Virus record (IMG/VR): IMGVR_UViG_3300026484_000002
Location: 27,282 to 91,281 of that record
Length of the DNA stretch: 64,000 nt
Reading direction: 5' to 3' (one strand)
From: a virus
Within the stretch, counting starts at the first letter, position 1. The number at the start of each line of letters is the position of its first letter. The notes under the pieces were generated by a model. The model was not told the origin of the DNA and searched no databases. It worked only from the letters and a program-made list of their open reading frames with translations. The position numbers and the translations under genes were made by a program. Below are positions 1-10,222 of the stretch, one piece after another.

Positions 1-114
1 CTTGAAAATCAAAATCATTTTCCATATATAAGAAGACTTGAAGACAAAGTGAATTGGATTCATCTAGATGTAGCAAATACTGGCAAAAAAGAAATAGTAT
101 TATTTAATCCATAA
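1..114 (+). CDS. 3' end of probable M15-type peptidase endolysin (partial)
   Basis: Frame 1 reads LENQNHFPYIRRLEDKVNWIHLDVANTGKKEIVLFNP*; WIHLD resembles the C-terminal Zn-ligand motif of M15 peptidases; N4 lysis genes precede the portal. Confidence 0.5.
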   Translation, partial: LENQNHFPYIRRLEDKVNWIHLDVANTGKKEIVLFNP

Positions 115-155
115 TTTTATAACATAAATATGCTCAATACAATAAAGTTTATTTA

Positions 156-164
156 TGTTATAAT
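156..164 (+). promoter_or_regulatory. extended -10 sigma70-type promoter upstream of portal
   Basis: TGTTATAAT followed by AAGGA SD at 181. Confidence 0.55.
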
Positions 165-193
165 ACAAACAATAAAGAGTAAGGACCAGCTAT

Positions 194-2206
194 ATGAACA
201 AACCAAAAATAAATAAAGCAGAGCTTCTGGCTAATTTAAAAGCTGATATGGCTGCTGCCGATACTTCTCGCAAACAAATAGATTCAGAAATTAAACAAAG
301 AAGAAGTGTTTATAATGGCGAGCCTTACGGAAATGAAGAAAAAGGTAAAAGCAGGATTGTTCCAAAAGTAGCTAAGAGGCAACAAGCTTGGGCTCATCCT
401 TCTCTCAAAGAACCATTTGTAAGTACACCTAATTTAGTTAGATTTTCTCCTATCACATATGAAGATGTTCCTGCTGCAAGACAAAATGAAATACTACTAA
501 ATAGCCAATTCTGTAGACAATTTGATAGATATAATTTTATGACTAAAGTACTTAAAGTATTAGAAGTTGATGCTACGGTATTTGTTCAAACTGGATGGGA
601 ATATGAAGAAGAAAAAGTAGTTCAAGAAGTTGATGTTATAGAAATAGATGAAACTACTGGTGAAAGATATATTGCTAAAGTTGAAGAAGAAGTATTGGTT
701 CCAACTGTAAATAAACCTACTGCAAGAGTTTGTAGAAGTGAAGATATATATGTGGATCCAACTTGTGAAGATAATTTAGACAAAGCTCAATTTCTTATAT
801 ATAGATATGAAACTGATTTAAGTACATTGCGAAAAGATCCAAGATATAAAAACCTTGATAAAGTTGCAAAAGCTGGAACTAGAGAAGATCTAGATTATGA
901 AGATCCAGATCCTACTAACTTTGAATTTAAAGATGCACCTAGAAAGAAATTGTTGGTTCATGAATATTGGGGAAATTATGATATTAACGGAGATGGAATA
1001 GCAGAACCAATAGTTTGTGTTTGGGTAGATGATATAATTATTAGATTGCAAGACAACCCATATCCAGATAAAAAGATTCCATTCCTAAGCTGTGCTGCAG
1101 ATAGTGTTCCATTTCAATTGCATGGTGAAAATGATATAGATAATATTGAAGATCAGCAACAAGTAATTACAGCTGTGACTAGAGGTATTATAAATAATAT
1201 GGCTTCTAGCAACAATGGACAAACAGGTATTCGTAAAGGTGCATTAGATCCAGTTCAAAAGAAACGAATGTTAGATGGTAAGAATTTTGAATTCAATGGA
1301 TCTCCTGGAGATATCTGGCAGGGTAGCTACAATGCTATACCAAACAGTGCATTTCAAATGTTACAGATGATGAATGGTGAAGTAGATAGTCTAACAGGTA
1401 CTAAAAGTTTTAGTGGTGGTATTAATGGCGGGAGTCTTGGATCTAGTGCTACAGCAGCAAGAGGTGTGCTTGATAGTACAGCAATCAGAAGACTAGACAA
1501 AGTAAGGAACATTGCAGAGAATTTAATTAAACCATTAATTAGAAAATGGATGTCATATAATAGTGAATTCTTAAGTGACGAAGAAGTAGTTAGAGCTACT
1601 AATGATGAACATGTTGCAATAAGAAAAAGTGAGCTACAAGGCAGATTTGATTTAGATATAGAAATTAGTACACCTGAAGATGATACAGCTAAAAGAAATG
1701 AACTAGGGTTCCTTCTTCAAACGATGGGACCAAACCTACCATTTGAAATGACACAATTAATTTTAGGTGAAATAGCTAGATTAAACAGAATGCCTAAATT
1801 AGAAAAAGATATTAAAGATTATAAACCTCAGCAAGATCCAATTAAAGAGCAACTAAAACAAATAGAACTAGAAAAAGCAAAAGCTGATATTGCAAAAGTT
1901 AAAGCAGATATTCAAAAAATATATACTGAAAGTATTGAAAACAAAGATGGAGATTTGGCTAAAAAATCAGCTCAAGCAGAAGTACTTAGGGCACAAGCAA
2001 AACTTCTTGAAAGTAAAGCAGACATGGAAGATCTTAAATTTGTTAAAATGGACAATCAGACAGATGAACAATTTCAGCTTGAGAAGATTCAAATGGAGAA
2101 TGAGCTTAAAGCTAAAATAGCTGCACTTAAAGAAGAATATAAAATAAAACAAATGAATATCCAAGTTGATAATGGAGATTCCAACATTGGTATACCAAGA
2201 GCATAG
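194..2206 (+). CDS. portal protein (N4 gp59-like)
   Basis: 670 aa; EYWGNYDINGDGIAEPIV and NPYPDKKIPF motifs typical of N4-like portals; coiled-coil C-terminus; position before capsid genes. Confidence 0.9.
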   Translation: MNKPKINKAELLANLKADMAAADTSRKQIDSEIKQRRSVYNGEPYGNEEKGKSRIVPKVAKRQQAWAHPSLKEPFVSTPNLVRFSPITYEDVPAARQNEILLNSQFCRQFDRYNFMTKVLKVLEVDATVFVQTGWEYEEEKVVQEVDVIEIDETTGERYIAKVEEEVLVPTVNKPTARVCRSEDIYVDPTCEDNLDKAQFLIYRYETDLSTLRKDPRYKNLDKVAKAGTREDLDYEDPDPTNFEFKDAPRKKLLVHEYWGNYDINGDGIAEPIVCVWVDDIIIRLQDNPYPDKKIPFLSCAADSVPFQLHGENDIDNIEDQQQVITAVTRGIINNMASSNNGQTGIRKGALDPVQKKRMLDGKNFEFNGSPGDIWQGSYNAIPNSAFQMLQMMNGEVDSLTGTKSFSGGINGGSLGSSATAARGVLDSTAIRRLDKVRNIAENLIKPLIRKWMSYNSEFLSDEEVVRATNDEHVAIRKSELQGRFDLDIEISTPEDDTAKRNELGFLLQTMGPNLPFEMTQLILGEIARLNRMPKLEKDIKDYKPQQDPIKEQLKQIELEKAKADIAKVKADIQKIYTESIENKDGDLAKKSAQAEVLRAQAKLLESKADMEDLKFVKMDNQTDEQFQLEKIQMENELKAKIAALKEEYKIKQMNIQVDNGDSNIGIPRA

Positions 2207-2217
2207 GAGATAATAAA

Positions 2218-2478
2218 ATGGGAATATTAGATAATGCAAGATATGCAGAAATAGGTAAAAAGTCTGAAGCTAAAAAGCTAGTTGATACTGCAATTAACGC
2301 AGCTGCTCCTAAAATAGCAGAAGCAACACTTAGAGAACACGGTCCAATTATTGAACGAATAGCACTCAATAAATATGGACCAGTAATTCATAAGCGTGCA
2401 GTAGGAGAAACTTTAGCTAATCTTGGTATAGGTATTTCCAATAGTGGAAATGGCTTATCAAGTTTGGGCTTTAGTTAA
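2218..2478 (+). CDS. hypothetical small virion/head protein
   Basis: 86 aa, AGGAG SD, ends GLSSLGFS. Confidence 0.6.
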   Translation: MGILDNARYAEIGKKSEAKKLVDTAINAAAPKIAEATLREHGPIIERIALNKYGPVIHKRAVGETLANLGIGISNSGNGLSSLGFS

Positions 2479-2507
2479 AATTTAAACAAATAAAAAAGGA
2501 TAATAAA

Positions 2508-2786
2508 ATGAATGAAGAACAAGGCTTAAGTACAATGGGTGTAGAACCACAAGGAGTTACTGTTGAAAATCCTATTCAAGAAGGACAAGTAGCTGGAGGT
2601 ATAACTGTAGAAGAAGTAATTCAATTACTTATGTCAGGAAAGAATCCTCAGGAATTAGCTGAAGTTGGAGTTCCAGTTGAAATTATAAAACAAGCTATTC
2701 AGATCATTCAACAGCAGGTTCAGGAACAACAAGCACAAGATCAGATGCCACAACAAGGTGGTTTGAGTCAAATTGGCATACAATAA
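2508..2786 (+). CDS. hypothetical Gln-rich protein
   Basis: 92 aa, AAGGA SD; GLSTMG and GLSQIG near its two ends. Confidence 0.6.
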   Translation: MNEEQGLSTMGVEPQGVTVENPIQEGQVAGGITVEEVIQLLMSGKNPQELAEVGVPVEIIKQAIQIIQQQVQEQQAQDQMPQQGGLSQIGIQ

Positions 2787-2787
2787 C

Positions 2788-2820
2788 TTAAAGCACTCTT
2801 AAGTTTAAAGTTTGTATAAT
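2788..2820 (+). promoter_or_regulatory. sigma70-type promoter for head genes
   Basis: TATAAT at 2815-2820 preceded by repeated TTAA(A)G tracts instead of a canonical -35. Confidence 0.55.
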
Positions 2821-2860
2821 GCCCATAACGGATAATATCCGAACATCAACCTAAAAAGGA

Positions 2861-3193
2861 ATGTATTTAATGGATACAATTAATCAACATCAAGCAGGTG
2901 AAAACCCTTTAGATTACTGGACTGACATGGCAATGTCATTGGATCGCTTAGAAGTAAATGATGACTTTAAGAAAGTTATTCTAGAAGGTTATTTTAAAGA
3001 CAAAGCAGTTAGTGGAGTAAGTATTTTAGCTAGTGATCAAGTGAAAGCTAGTGGAAGACGCACAGATGTAATGGAAGGGCTAATCGCTATAAGTTCACTA
3101 CAAGATCATTTTCAAACTATCAAAGCTATGCGTCAAGCAGCTGAAGATGAAGCTGAGTATGAAGATGAAGATGCTGAAACAGTAGAAGGATAA
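2861..3193 (+). CDS. N4 gp58-like protein
   Basis: 110 aa; FKKVILEGYFKD motif, acidic tail, synteny. Confidence 0.65.
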   Translation: MYLMDTINQHQAGENPLDYWTDMAMSLDRLEVNDDFKKVILEGYFKDKAVSGVSILASDQVKASGRRTDVMEGLIAISSLQDHFQTIKAMRQAAEDEAEYEDEDAETVEG

Positions 3194-3197
3194 TTAA

Positions 3198-4343
3198 ATG
3201 GCATATACTGAAGAAGAATTATTTGACATGTCAGATGAAGAATTATCCGCTGCTATGGCTGAAGAAAGAGCTGAACTTCAATCTCCAGAAACAGATTTGG
3301 ATCCAGAGGTAAAAACACAAACTGAACAAGATGGACCTGAAGATGAAGAGACTTTTGAAGAAGAAACGGAACAACCTGAAGAGGAATCCGCAGACCCTGA
3401 AGAAGGTCATGACAGTGAAACACCAGAAGACGAGGAAGTACCAGTAGAAACTGATAACACAGATGCTGATAATACTGAAACTGAAAATGATGAAGTAACA
3501 CAACCTAAAGCAGACGAAGAAAAAGCTGAAATTAAAAAGTATAAGTACAAAGCCAATGGTCAAGAATTTGAATTTACACAAGACGAAGTTGTGAATCAAT
3601 TCGGAAAAGTATTTGGTCAAGCTATGAACTATACTAAGAAGATGCAAGCTATTGCTCCATATCGTAAAATGATTAGTGCTTTAGAAGATGAGGGGATCTC
3701 AGAAGATGATATGAATCTAATGATTGATGCTCTTAAAGGGAATAAAGATGCAGTTACTAACTTAGTTAAACGAGCAAACGTAGATGTACTCGATTTAGAC
3801 TTGGATCAGGAAACTAATTATAAGCCCAATAGTTATGGACGTGATGAGAGTGAACTTAGACTAAAAGAAGTAATAGATGATATTTCTTCAGATAAAGAAT
3901 TTGTTATTACACAAAATGTTGTTTCAGAACAATGGGATGATGCAAGTAGAGATGTATTTGCAAAAGATCCAGAGTTAATTAAGGAACTTCATATTGATGT
4001 ACAAAATGGAACTTTTGATAAAGTTAGTCCACTTGCTATGAAAATGAAAGTAATTGATGGTGGGAAACATTCCGACCTTGAATACTATATTGAAGCAGGC
4101 AAGCAGTATCACACTCAATCACGTGCTGCGGAATTACAACAAATTGAGTTAGAGCGACAAAAAGAGCTAGAATCTGTTCAAGTAAAACAACAACAACGGA
4201 CAAAAGTAAAAGAAGAAGCTCCTAGACGAAAAGCAGCTACTATACCAACAAGAAGAACCAGCACAAATAAAGTGACTGACTACTTGGATGATTCAGATGA
4301 AGCATTTGATGAATGGTATAAGAAGTTGCAAGACAGCATGTAA
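3198..4343 (+). CDS. N4 gp57-like scaffold/'tape measure' protein
   Basis: Very acidic N-terminus, KANG..E and NYTKKMQAIAPYRK motifs, directly upstream of MCP. Confidence 0.75.
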   Translation: MAYTEEELFDMSDEELSAAMAEERAELQSPETDLDPEVKTQTEQDGPEDEETFEEETEQPEEESADPEEGHDSETPEDEEVPVETDNTDADNTETENDEVTQPKADEEKAEIKKYKYKANGQEFEFTQDEVVNQFGKVFGQAMNYTKKMQAIAPYRKMISALEDEGISEDDMNLMIDALKGNKDAVTNLVKRANVDVLDLDLDQETNYKPNSYGRDESELRLKEVIDDISSDKEFVITQNVVSEQWDDASRDVFAKDPELIKELHIDVQNGTFDKVSPLAMKMKVIDGGKHSDLEYYIEAGKQYHTQSRAAELQQIELERQKELESVQVKQQQRTKVKEEAPRRKAATIPTRRTSTNKVTDYLDDSDEAFDEWYKKLQDSM

Positions 4344-4374
4344 AAATGCTGTCTAACTAAACAAGGAAAATATA

Positions 4375-5556
4375 ATGGCAATTCAATCTTATAATAGTGG
4401 GACAGATTCGTCTCAAGGTCCAAATGCAACTTTAGCTTTTTATCAAAAAGCAGGTATTAAAGCTGCAAATAGAGTAAATGTATATGGTCAGTGGGCAAGT
4501 AAAAAATTCATGCCTAAAAAAATGGGTAAAACATTTAAAATTAGTAAATTCATGCATATGTATGATAGAGCTCTAAGTGATGGTGCTTTTGATTCTAAAG
4601 GATATTTATCTGGTAGAGATTTAACTGCTGTTCAAACATTACTTGCAGCTACTGATGGTACAGGTGTTTCTCTTACAGAAGGTGCTGGTGCAACCAACGA
4701 GCGTACACTTCAAAAAGTTACTGTTGAAGCGACATTTGCACGCTATGGTGAAATGATTTCTTATACTGATGAAGTAGAATTATTTTCTGAAGACGCAATG
4801 CAAGTACGTTACCGTGAAGAGCTTGGTGAATTAGCTAATAGTCGTTATGAAGATCTGATCCAATTAGATATGTTATCTACTCCTACAAGAGCTTATACTG
4901 GTACAGCTACTTCAGCGGCAACACTTGGTGATGGTGCAGCAGCAGATGGTTCTGACGATGCTCTTTGGAAAATTTCATATGATTCAGTTCGTAAAGCAGT
5001 GCGTAGACTTGTTCGTAACCGTGCTAAGAAAAATACACAAGTTGTAACTGGATCTACTAAAATTGATACTAAAACAATTGCTCCTGCATTTTATGGTATC
5101 ATTGATGCTGATACTAAATCAGATTTAGAAACATTAACTCGTGGTTCAGGTGCTGAAGCTGAGTTTGTTTATGTTCCTTTCCACAAATATGGTGATGCTG
5201 CAACTGCTGCTCAAGGTGAAGTTGGTGCAATGCATGAGGTTCGTTTTATTGAATCTGAAGGTGCTCTAGTTGATTATGGTAAAGGTGCTGCTCTTCCAGA
5301 TGATTATGCTGGTACACTTGCTAATGATGGTACAAAATTTGATGTTCACCACATCTTATTCCCTACGCAAGATTCTTTTGCAACAGTGGGTCTTAAAGGT
5401 ATGGGTCGTATTAAATTTCACGCTAAATCTCCAGAGAACGTAAGTGAAACTAATCCATTTGGAACAAAAGGGTTCTTCAGTTATAATTTCTTCTATGCAG
5501 GAATTATCTTACAACCTGAGAAACTTCTTAAACTTTCATTGTTAGTATCTAAATAG
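4375..5556 (+). CDS. major capsid protein (N4 gp56 family)
   Basis: 393 aa; MPKKMGKTFK, GEVGAM..VRFI, SFATVGL, NPFGTKGFFS motifs; strong codon bias; followed by terminator. Confidence 0.92.
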   Translation: MAIQSYNSGTDSSQGPNATLAFYQKAGIKAANRVNVYGQWASKKFMPKKMGKTFKISKFMHMYDRALSDGAFDSKGYLSGRDLTAVQTLLAATDGTGVSLTEGAGATNERTLQKVTVEATFARYGEMISYTDEVELFSEDAMQVRYREELGELANSRYEDLIQLDMLSTPTRAYTGTATSAATLGDGAAADGSDDALWKISYDSVRKAVRRLVRNRAKKNTQVVTGSTKIDTKTIAPAFYGIIDADTKSDLETLTRGSGAEAEFVYVPFHKYGDAATAAQGEVGAMHEVRFIESEGALVDYGKGAALPDDYAGTLANDGTKFDVHHILFPTQDSFATVGLKGMGRIKFHAKSPENVSETNPFGTKGFFSYNFFYAGIILQPEKLLKLSLLVSK

Positions 5557-5569
5557 ATATAGCAAATGC

Positions 5570-5598
5570 GCCTAGCTTCGGCTAGGTTAGCTACTTTT
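5570..5598 (+). terminator. intrinsic terminator after MCP
   Basis: CCTAGC-TTCG-GCTAGG hairpin (UUCG loop) with downstream T run. Confidence 0.7.
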
Positions 5599-5699
5599 CC
5601 CCTTCAAATTAATTAACCTATCCTTAAGAGTAACTTAGATAAAATATAGCAATTGAGACTGCTCAATAAACTAAACAACCAAAACAAAGGACTTAGCGA

Positions 5700-6203
5700 A
5701 TGGCAAAGTTAGACGAATTAAAGCAAGAAGCAAAAGAGCTTGGACTACAATTTAGTCCCAATATCGGAGAAAGCAAACTTGCTGATAAAATTGAAGAATA
5801 CTACAAAGCACAAGAAACAAGTGGTGTAGTTATCAAAGAAGAAGTCAATGAAGACGAATCAGAACCAGTAAAAAAGTCTGTTAATAGACTAGGTGAATTA
5901 GCTAGAAATGCAGAATTAGCTGCTAGAAAAACTAGTATAATTACTATTACTGACAACGATCAAAGAGAAAACAATCAAACAACTACAGTTTCTGTAACAT
6001 GTGGTAATGATCATTTTGATTTAGGTCTAAAACGTATTCCACTTAATATTCCAGTGGAAGTAGAACAAGGTTTTATCAATGTTCTTAAAGAGATCCAAAT
6101 CCCATTAGCAGTTAGAAATATTGATGGTTCCATTAATACTGTAATGAGAAACAGATATTCTATTAGTTATGAAAATGAATTAAAAGATTCAGATAAAGAA
6201 TAA
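5700..6203 (+). CDS. N4 gp55-like protein
   Basis: LKQEAKELGLQFSPNIGESKL N-terminal motif; directly after MCP. Confidence 0.7.
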   Translation: MAKLDELKQEAKELGLQFSPNIGESKLADKIEEYYKAQETSGVVIKEEVNEDESEPVKKSVNRLGELARNAELAARKTSIITITDNDQRENNQTTTVSVTCGNDHFDLGLKRIPLNIPVEVEQGFINVLKEIQIPLAVRNIDGSINTVMRNRYSISYENELKDSDKE

Positions 6204-6209
6204 TAATTT

Positions 6210-6237
6210 AATACAGCCTATTTAGATAGGTTGTATT
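6210..6237 (+). terminator. hairpin/terminator
   Basis: AATACAGCCTAT...ATAGGTTGTATT inverted repeat. Confidence 0.5.
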
Positions 6238-6261
6238 TAGATTATAATAAAGGTAAAGCAT

Positions 6262-6693
6262 ATGGCTATAGCAATGACAGATTTTACTAATGATGTATCA
6301 ATTGACAACAATTACAATGTTACTGGTAATGGAATTTTTGATGACATGATGGAAGCCATAAACAGTAATATTAAAGCTCAATACGATGCAGGAAGAATAA
6401 CAGGAGCCGATTATGCTTCTGTATATTTAGGGGCTATGCAAACAGCAATTAGTCAATCTGCACAAATTATGTTAAATAAAGCATTAGTTGATGCACAAGT
6501 TGCTAGTGAAGAAGCAAAAACTGCGTTAACTACAACACAAGACACTAATGCTCAAAAACAAATCACAATAGATCTACTTAAAATTCAAGCTGGATCTTGG
6601 ACTACAATCTACAACAGCGGCAAGGCAGATAATGTTCCTGATTTGTTAACAAATACAGAAATAAATAGCTTATTTAATAGTTTAAAGGATTAA
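6262..6693 (+). CDS. short N4 gp54-like virion protein
   Basis: GNGIFDDMMEA..AQYDAGRITGADYASVY motif recalled from gp54 N-termini. Confidence 0.65.
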   Translation: MAIAMTDFTNDVSIDNNYNVTGNGIFDDMMEAINSNIKAQYDAGRITGADYASVYLGAMQTAISQSAQIMLNKALVDAQVASEEAKTALTTTQDTNAQKQITIDLLKIQAGSWTTIYNSGKADNVPDLLTNTEINSLFNSLKD

Positions 6694-6694
6694 T

Positions 6695-7060
6695 ATGATA
6701 AGTATGATAATACCAAAAGGTCGTGATTATTCTTTTACTGTAAAAGTATTACAAAGAGATAGTTTTTTACCTCAAGATTTAACAAATATGAGTAATACTA
6801 GTTCTTTGCGTTTAATTGAGTCAGAGAGCGGAAGTACAATAATTACTGCAACTCCACAAATCTATGATGCTCATAATGGTATCTTAGAATGCACTCTTGT
6901 AGATAGTGACACAAATTCTTTAAAAACAGAACGAGGAGACAAGGTCGATGGGTATTATTCTAAACCATTATATAAAGCTTTATTAGAAGTAAAATTTACA
7001 GATGATACTGCACCAGTCACAACTGTAATAGACAATATAGCTACGATAGCAGTAGGATAA
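6695..7060 (+). CDS. putative tail/fibre attachment protein
   Basis: 121 aa, beta-rich, directly upstream of tail fibre. Confidence 0.45.
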   Translation: MISMIIPKGRDYSFTVKVLQRDSFLPQDLTNMSNTSSLRLIESESGSTIITATPQIYDAHNGILECTLVDSDTNSLKTERGDKVDGYYSKPLYKALLEVKFTDDTAPVTTVIDNIATIAVG

Positions 7061-7064
7061 AAAT

Positions 7065-10000
7065 ATGAGTAAAGATATAAATGTATTGACAGGCAGTGAC
7101 ACCGCAGTTAATAATAGTGTAACATCTGGATCCACTACTCAAACAAATGTATTAATATCTTCACCAATAGAAGTATTAAATACAGATTATGTAATTGGAA
7201 CTAGAGGTTTGTATAATGGTTCTTTGCTTGGTGGTGTGCCTAGCTGGGTAGATGAAGCTGTTGCTTATAATGTAACTCAAAAATTAGTAGATATTCAAAA
7301 TCAATTCTCTACATTAGATTTATCATTTCATAATGAAGTTGATAGAATAGATGATGAAATAGTTAATGTAGAGAATAGCGTTTTATTGAATTTAAGATCA
7401 GAAATAAATACTACAAAAACAGATATACTGGCAGAGCTACATCAAGATTATATTAAAACTGCAAATACAAATGAAGCTATTGCAGAGTTAAATACAAACC
7501 TAACTAGTAGTTTTCAATCATACACAGATACATCAATATCTAACTTAGAACAAGTATATAAAACAATAGCAAGTGCAGATAAAGCTATTGTTACTGCAAA
7601 AACAGAACTCACTTCAACATTTAATAGTAACATTGCAAATGCCTTAGTTGAATATCAAACCAAAGCTACAGCAGGTAGTGTTGAATCTAGAATTAGAACA
7701 GATTTGTCTACTCAAATTGATAATAACATTTCCTCATTATCAGAAGTTTATTTATCTAAGGTTGATGCTACCGATGCAGAAGCCTCACTTACTAGTACTT
7801 TAACTGCCACATTTAATACTGGACTAGATGAACTATCAGCATCTATCCAAACTACAGATGAAGTTGTTGCTGGATATTTTTCAGAATATACAGATGAGTC
7901 AGTGGATCCAAAACTTGGTCAATTTAAATTAATAGATGGAGTTCAGTATCAATATCTTGGTGGATACCTAGGCATAAACAGTGATGGTTGGGTAAGAACA
8001 GATCAGAGTACATATGATTACACAGTTGGACAAACAAATTATCTAACTAATTTAGTCAATGCTCAGGCTTCTGCTTTACAAGGGCAAATAGATGGATCCA
8101 TCACAACATGGTTTGATACTGGATCTCCTGAATTTAGTGAGTTATTTGCAACATACCAAAGCGACACGAACAACACAGATGACAACAGCCAGGATTTAAC
8201 GGCAGGTAATTTTGTATGGAATGTAGCTGATAATCAAATGTTTAAATATACTGGATCAGACGCAAATATAGATTTGAATTCAGTAGACTATGTTGGAAGT
8301 TCTGATTGGTTAGCTATCTATAGAATAAATCCAAAAGAAGAAACATGGTATGATACTGATGGTATTGATACTAGCAATAATTATTATTGGTATGAAGATG
8401 GAAAAATACGTCCACTAAAAGATGCTGATACTCCTGCTACAATAGAAGAGAGAGGTAAACATATTGGAGATCTTTACTATGATAGAGATACCGGATATGG
8501 ATATCGATTTGCATATGAAGATATTGTAGATATTCCAGATGAAGGAGTAATATTTAGCTGGATTAGAATCACAGATGTAGACATAACGAAAGCATTAGGT
8601 GATGCTGCAAACGCTCAAGCTTCAGCAGATGGAAAAGTAACTATGTTTAGCGAACCGACATTGAATGATGCAACAAATATGTCAAACAGCTGGACTTCAG
8701 ATGAAAAAATTGAACATATAGGAGATTTAAATGTATATCAAGATAAATCTCTGGTAGTATGGGATGGTGAAAATTGGGTTGATACTACAAATTCTACAGC
8801 AAATGAAGCTCATGGATGGGCAGGTTCTGCGAGTAAGCTTATTGGACCTGTAGATAAAAATGGAAAACTAATTGGTCCTATAACTGGTTGGGCGTTCGCT
8901 GCTGCTGGAGATAGTCCTGATGCTAATCAAATATCAGAATTTGCTATACATGCTAATCATTTTTATATACAAAACTCTGATAGTGATTTTACTGATGACA
9001 AGTATAGACCATTTGAAATAAATGGTTCAGATATATATTTTAATGGTAAGGTTACATTCGCCAATACAACAGGAGTTCCTGCATTTGGAAGCAATAACTT
9101 GTTGACTAATTCCGAACCTGCTCTTGGTAATGAAACTGATGGTTGGATTATTGGTGGGTATACTACTGACATTGTCCCTGATAGCATTAGAGATGGTTGG
9201 GATGTATGGAGACCAACTGGCAGTGGAAGTGTAGCAGTTCACATTTCTGGTGAACCTACATCAGGAGGTACATTTGACGTTACACAAACTAAAAAAATAC
9301 CTGTTAAGGCAGGCAAGAGATATGAAGCTACATCACTTATATCAAGCCATAGATGTAATAGTAAGGTTGTACTTTCATTCTACAATTCGGATGGTGAGTA
9401 CATGAGCAAACATGAAATAGGCACAGTAAATACTAGTGTATCACATTCAGGATTATTGAGTGCCTGGACTAGGTATGGTGGATTTATTACTATACCCACA
9501 GATGTGGCAACAGTATCTTTCTGTGTGAGATCAGTAGTAACTGGTAAATCTCCTTACTGCTTCGTAGCACAAGCCTACTTGGGAGAGGCTACAGAGTTAC
9601 AGACTGAATTTAGCCCATGGAGTGAAGGTATTTTAGCTACATATAACTTAGCAAATAAAGATATGAGTAATGTTACTACTATAGATGGTGGTAAAATTAC
9701 TACTGGATATATAAATGCAAATAGAATAAAAGCAGACAGTATAACAGCTGATAAGATAAAAGCAAATGCTATAACAGCTGATAAAATAAAAGCAGACAGT
9801 ATAACAGCTGATAAGATAAAAGCAAATGCTATAACAGCTGATGACATTACTACTGGTACTTTAACGGCAGATGTTATCAAAAGTAAGAGTATCACTTATT
9901 CTGAGGTAAAGAAAGGTACAATTAATGTAGCAGGAGATCAAACAACTTTTGCTACACATACTTATGATAATAGCGGAGGATCTTCTACTCTTATAGTAGT

Positions 10001-10214
10001 AAATACTTTAATTCCTGGAGATGCTTTAAAGACTATTCGCCTATACAAAGATGGGGAACAAATTTACCAATCCGCTAATAATTTAGATTGGAGTTATACG
10101 TTAAGTATAGTAGATGACCCTGGGGACAGTACATATGTTGTTAAAATGGACGGTTACGACACTGGTGATGCTGATGTTACTTATTATATTTCTTTTATAT
10201 ACTTTAAAAAATAA
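7065..10214 (+). CDS. tail fibre / receptor-binding protein
   Basis: 1049 aa; coiled-coil N-part, GDLYYD and ADGKVT fibre motifs, carbohydrate-binding-like domain after NLLTNS, ITADKI repeats. Confidence 0.8.
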   Translation: MSKDINVLTGSDTAVNNSVTSGSTTQTNVLISSPIEVLNTDYVIGTRGLYNGSLLGGVPSWVDEAVAYNVTQKLVDIQNQFSTLDLSFHNEVDRIDDEIVNVENSVLLNLRSEINTTKTDILAELHQDYIKTANTNEAIAELNTNLTSSFQSYTDTSISNLEQVYKTIASADKAIVTAKTELTSTFNSNIANALVEYQTKATAGSVESRIRTDLSTQIDNNISSLSEVYLSKVDATDAEASLTSTLTATFNTGLDELSASIQTTDEVVAGYFSEYTDESVDPKLGQFKLIDGVQYQYLGGYLGINSDGWVRTDQSTYDYTVGQTNYLTNLVNAQASALQGQIDGSITTWFDTGSPEFSELFATYQSDTNNTDDNSQDLTAGNFVWNVADNQMFKYTGSDANIDLNSVDYVGSSDWLAIYRINPKEETWYDTDGIDTSNNYYWYEDGKIRPLKDADTPATIEERGKHIGDLYYDRDTGYGYRFAYEDIVDIPDEGVIFSWIRITDVDITKALGDAANAQASADGKVTMFSEPTLNDATNMSNSWTSDEKIEHIGDLNVYQDKSLVVWDGENWVDTTNSTANEAHGWAGSASKLIGPVDKNGKLIGPITGWAFAAAGDSPDANQISEFAIHANHFYIQNSDSDFTDDKYRPFEINGSDIYFNGKVTFANTTGVPAFGSNNLLTNSEPALGNETDGWIIGGYTTDIVPDSIRDGWDVWRPTGSGSVAVHISGEPTSGGTFDVTQTKKIPVKAGKRYEATSLISSHRCNSKVVLSFYNSDGEYMSKHEIGTVNTSVSHSGLLSAWTRYGGFITIPTDVATVSFCVRSVVTGKSPYCFVAQAYLGEATELQTEFSPWSEGILATYNLANKDMSNVTTIDGGKITTGYINANRIKADSITADKIKANAITADKIKADSITADKIKANAITADDITTGTLTADVIKSKSITYSEVKKGTINVAGDQTTFATHTYDNSGGSSTLIVVNTLIPGDALKTIRLYKDGEQIYQSANNLDWSYTLSIVDDPGDSTYVVKMDGYDTGDADVTYYISFIYFKK
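9721..9842 (+). repeat. coding tandem repeat, 4 x 30 bp arranged as 2 x 60 bp
   Basis: Lines 9721 and 9781 differ at a single base; encodes IKADSITADK/IKANAITADK. Confidence 0.95.
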
Positions 10215-10222
10215 GGAAAACA

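Noticed and set aside
7065-10214. Diversity-generating retroelement or invertible tail-fibre cassette
   Set aside because: No reverse transcriptase, invertase or template repeat seen in the window
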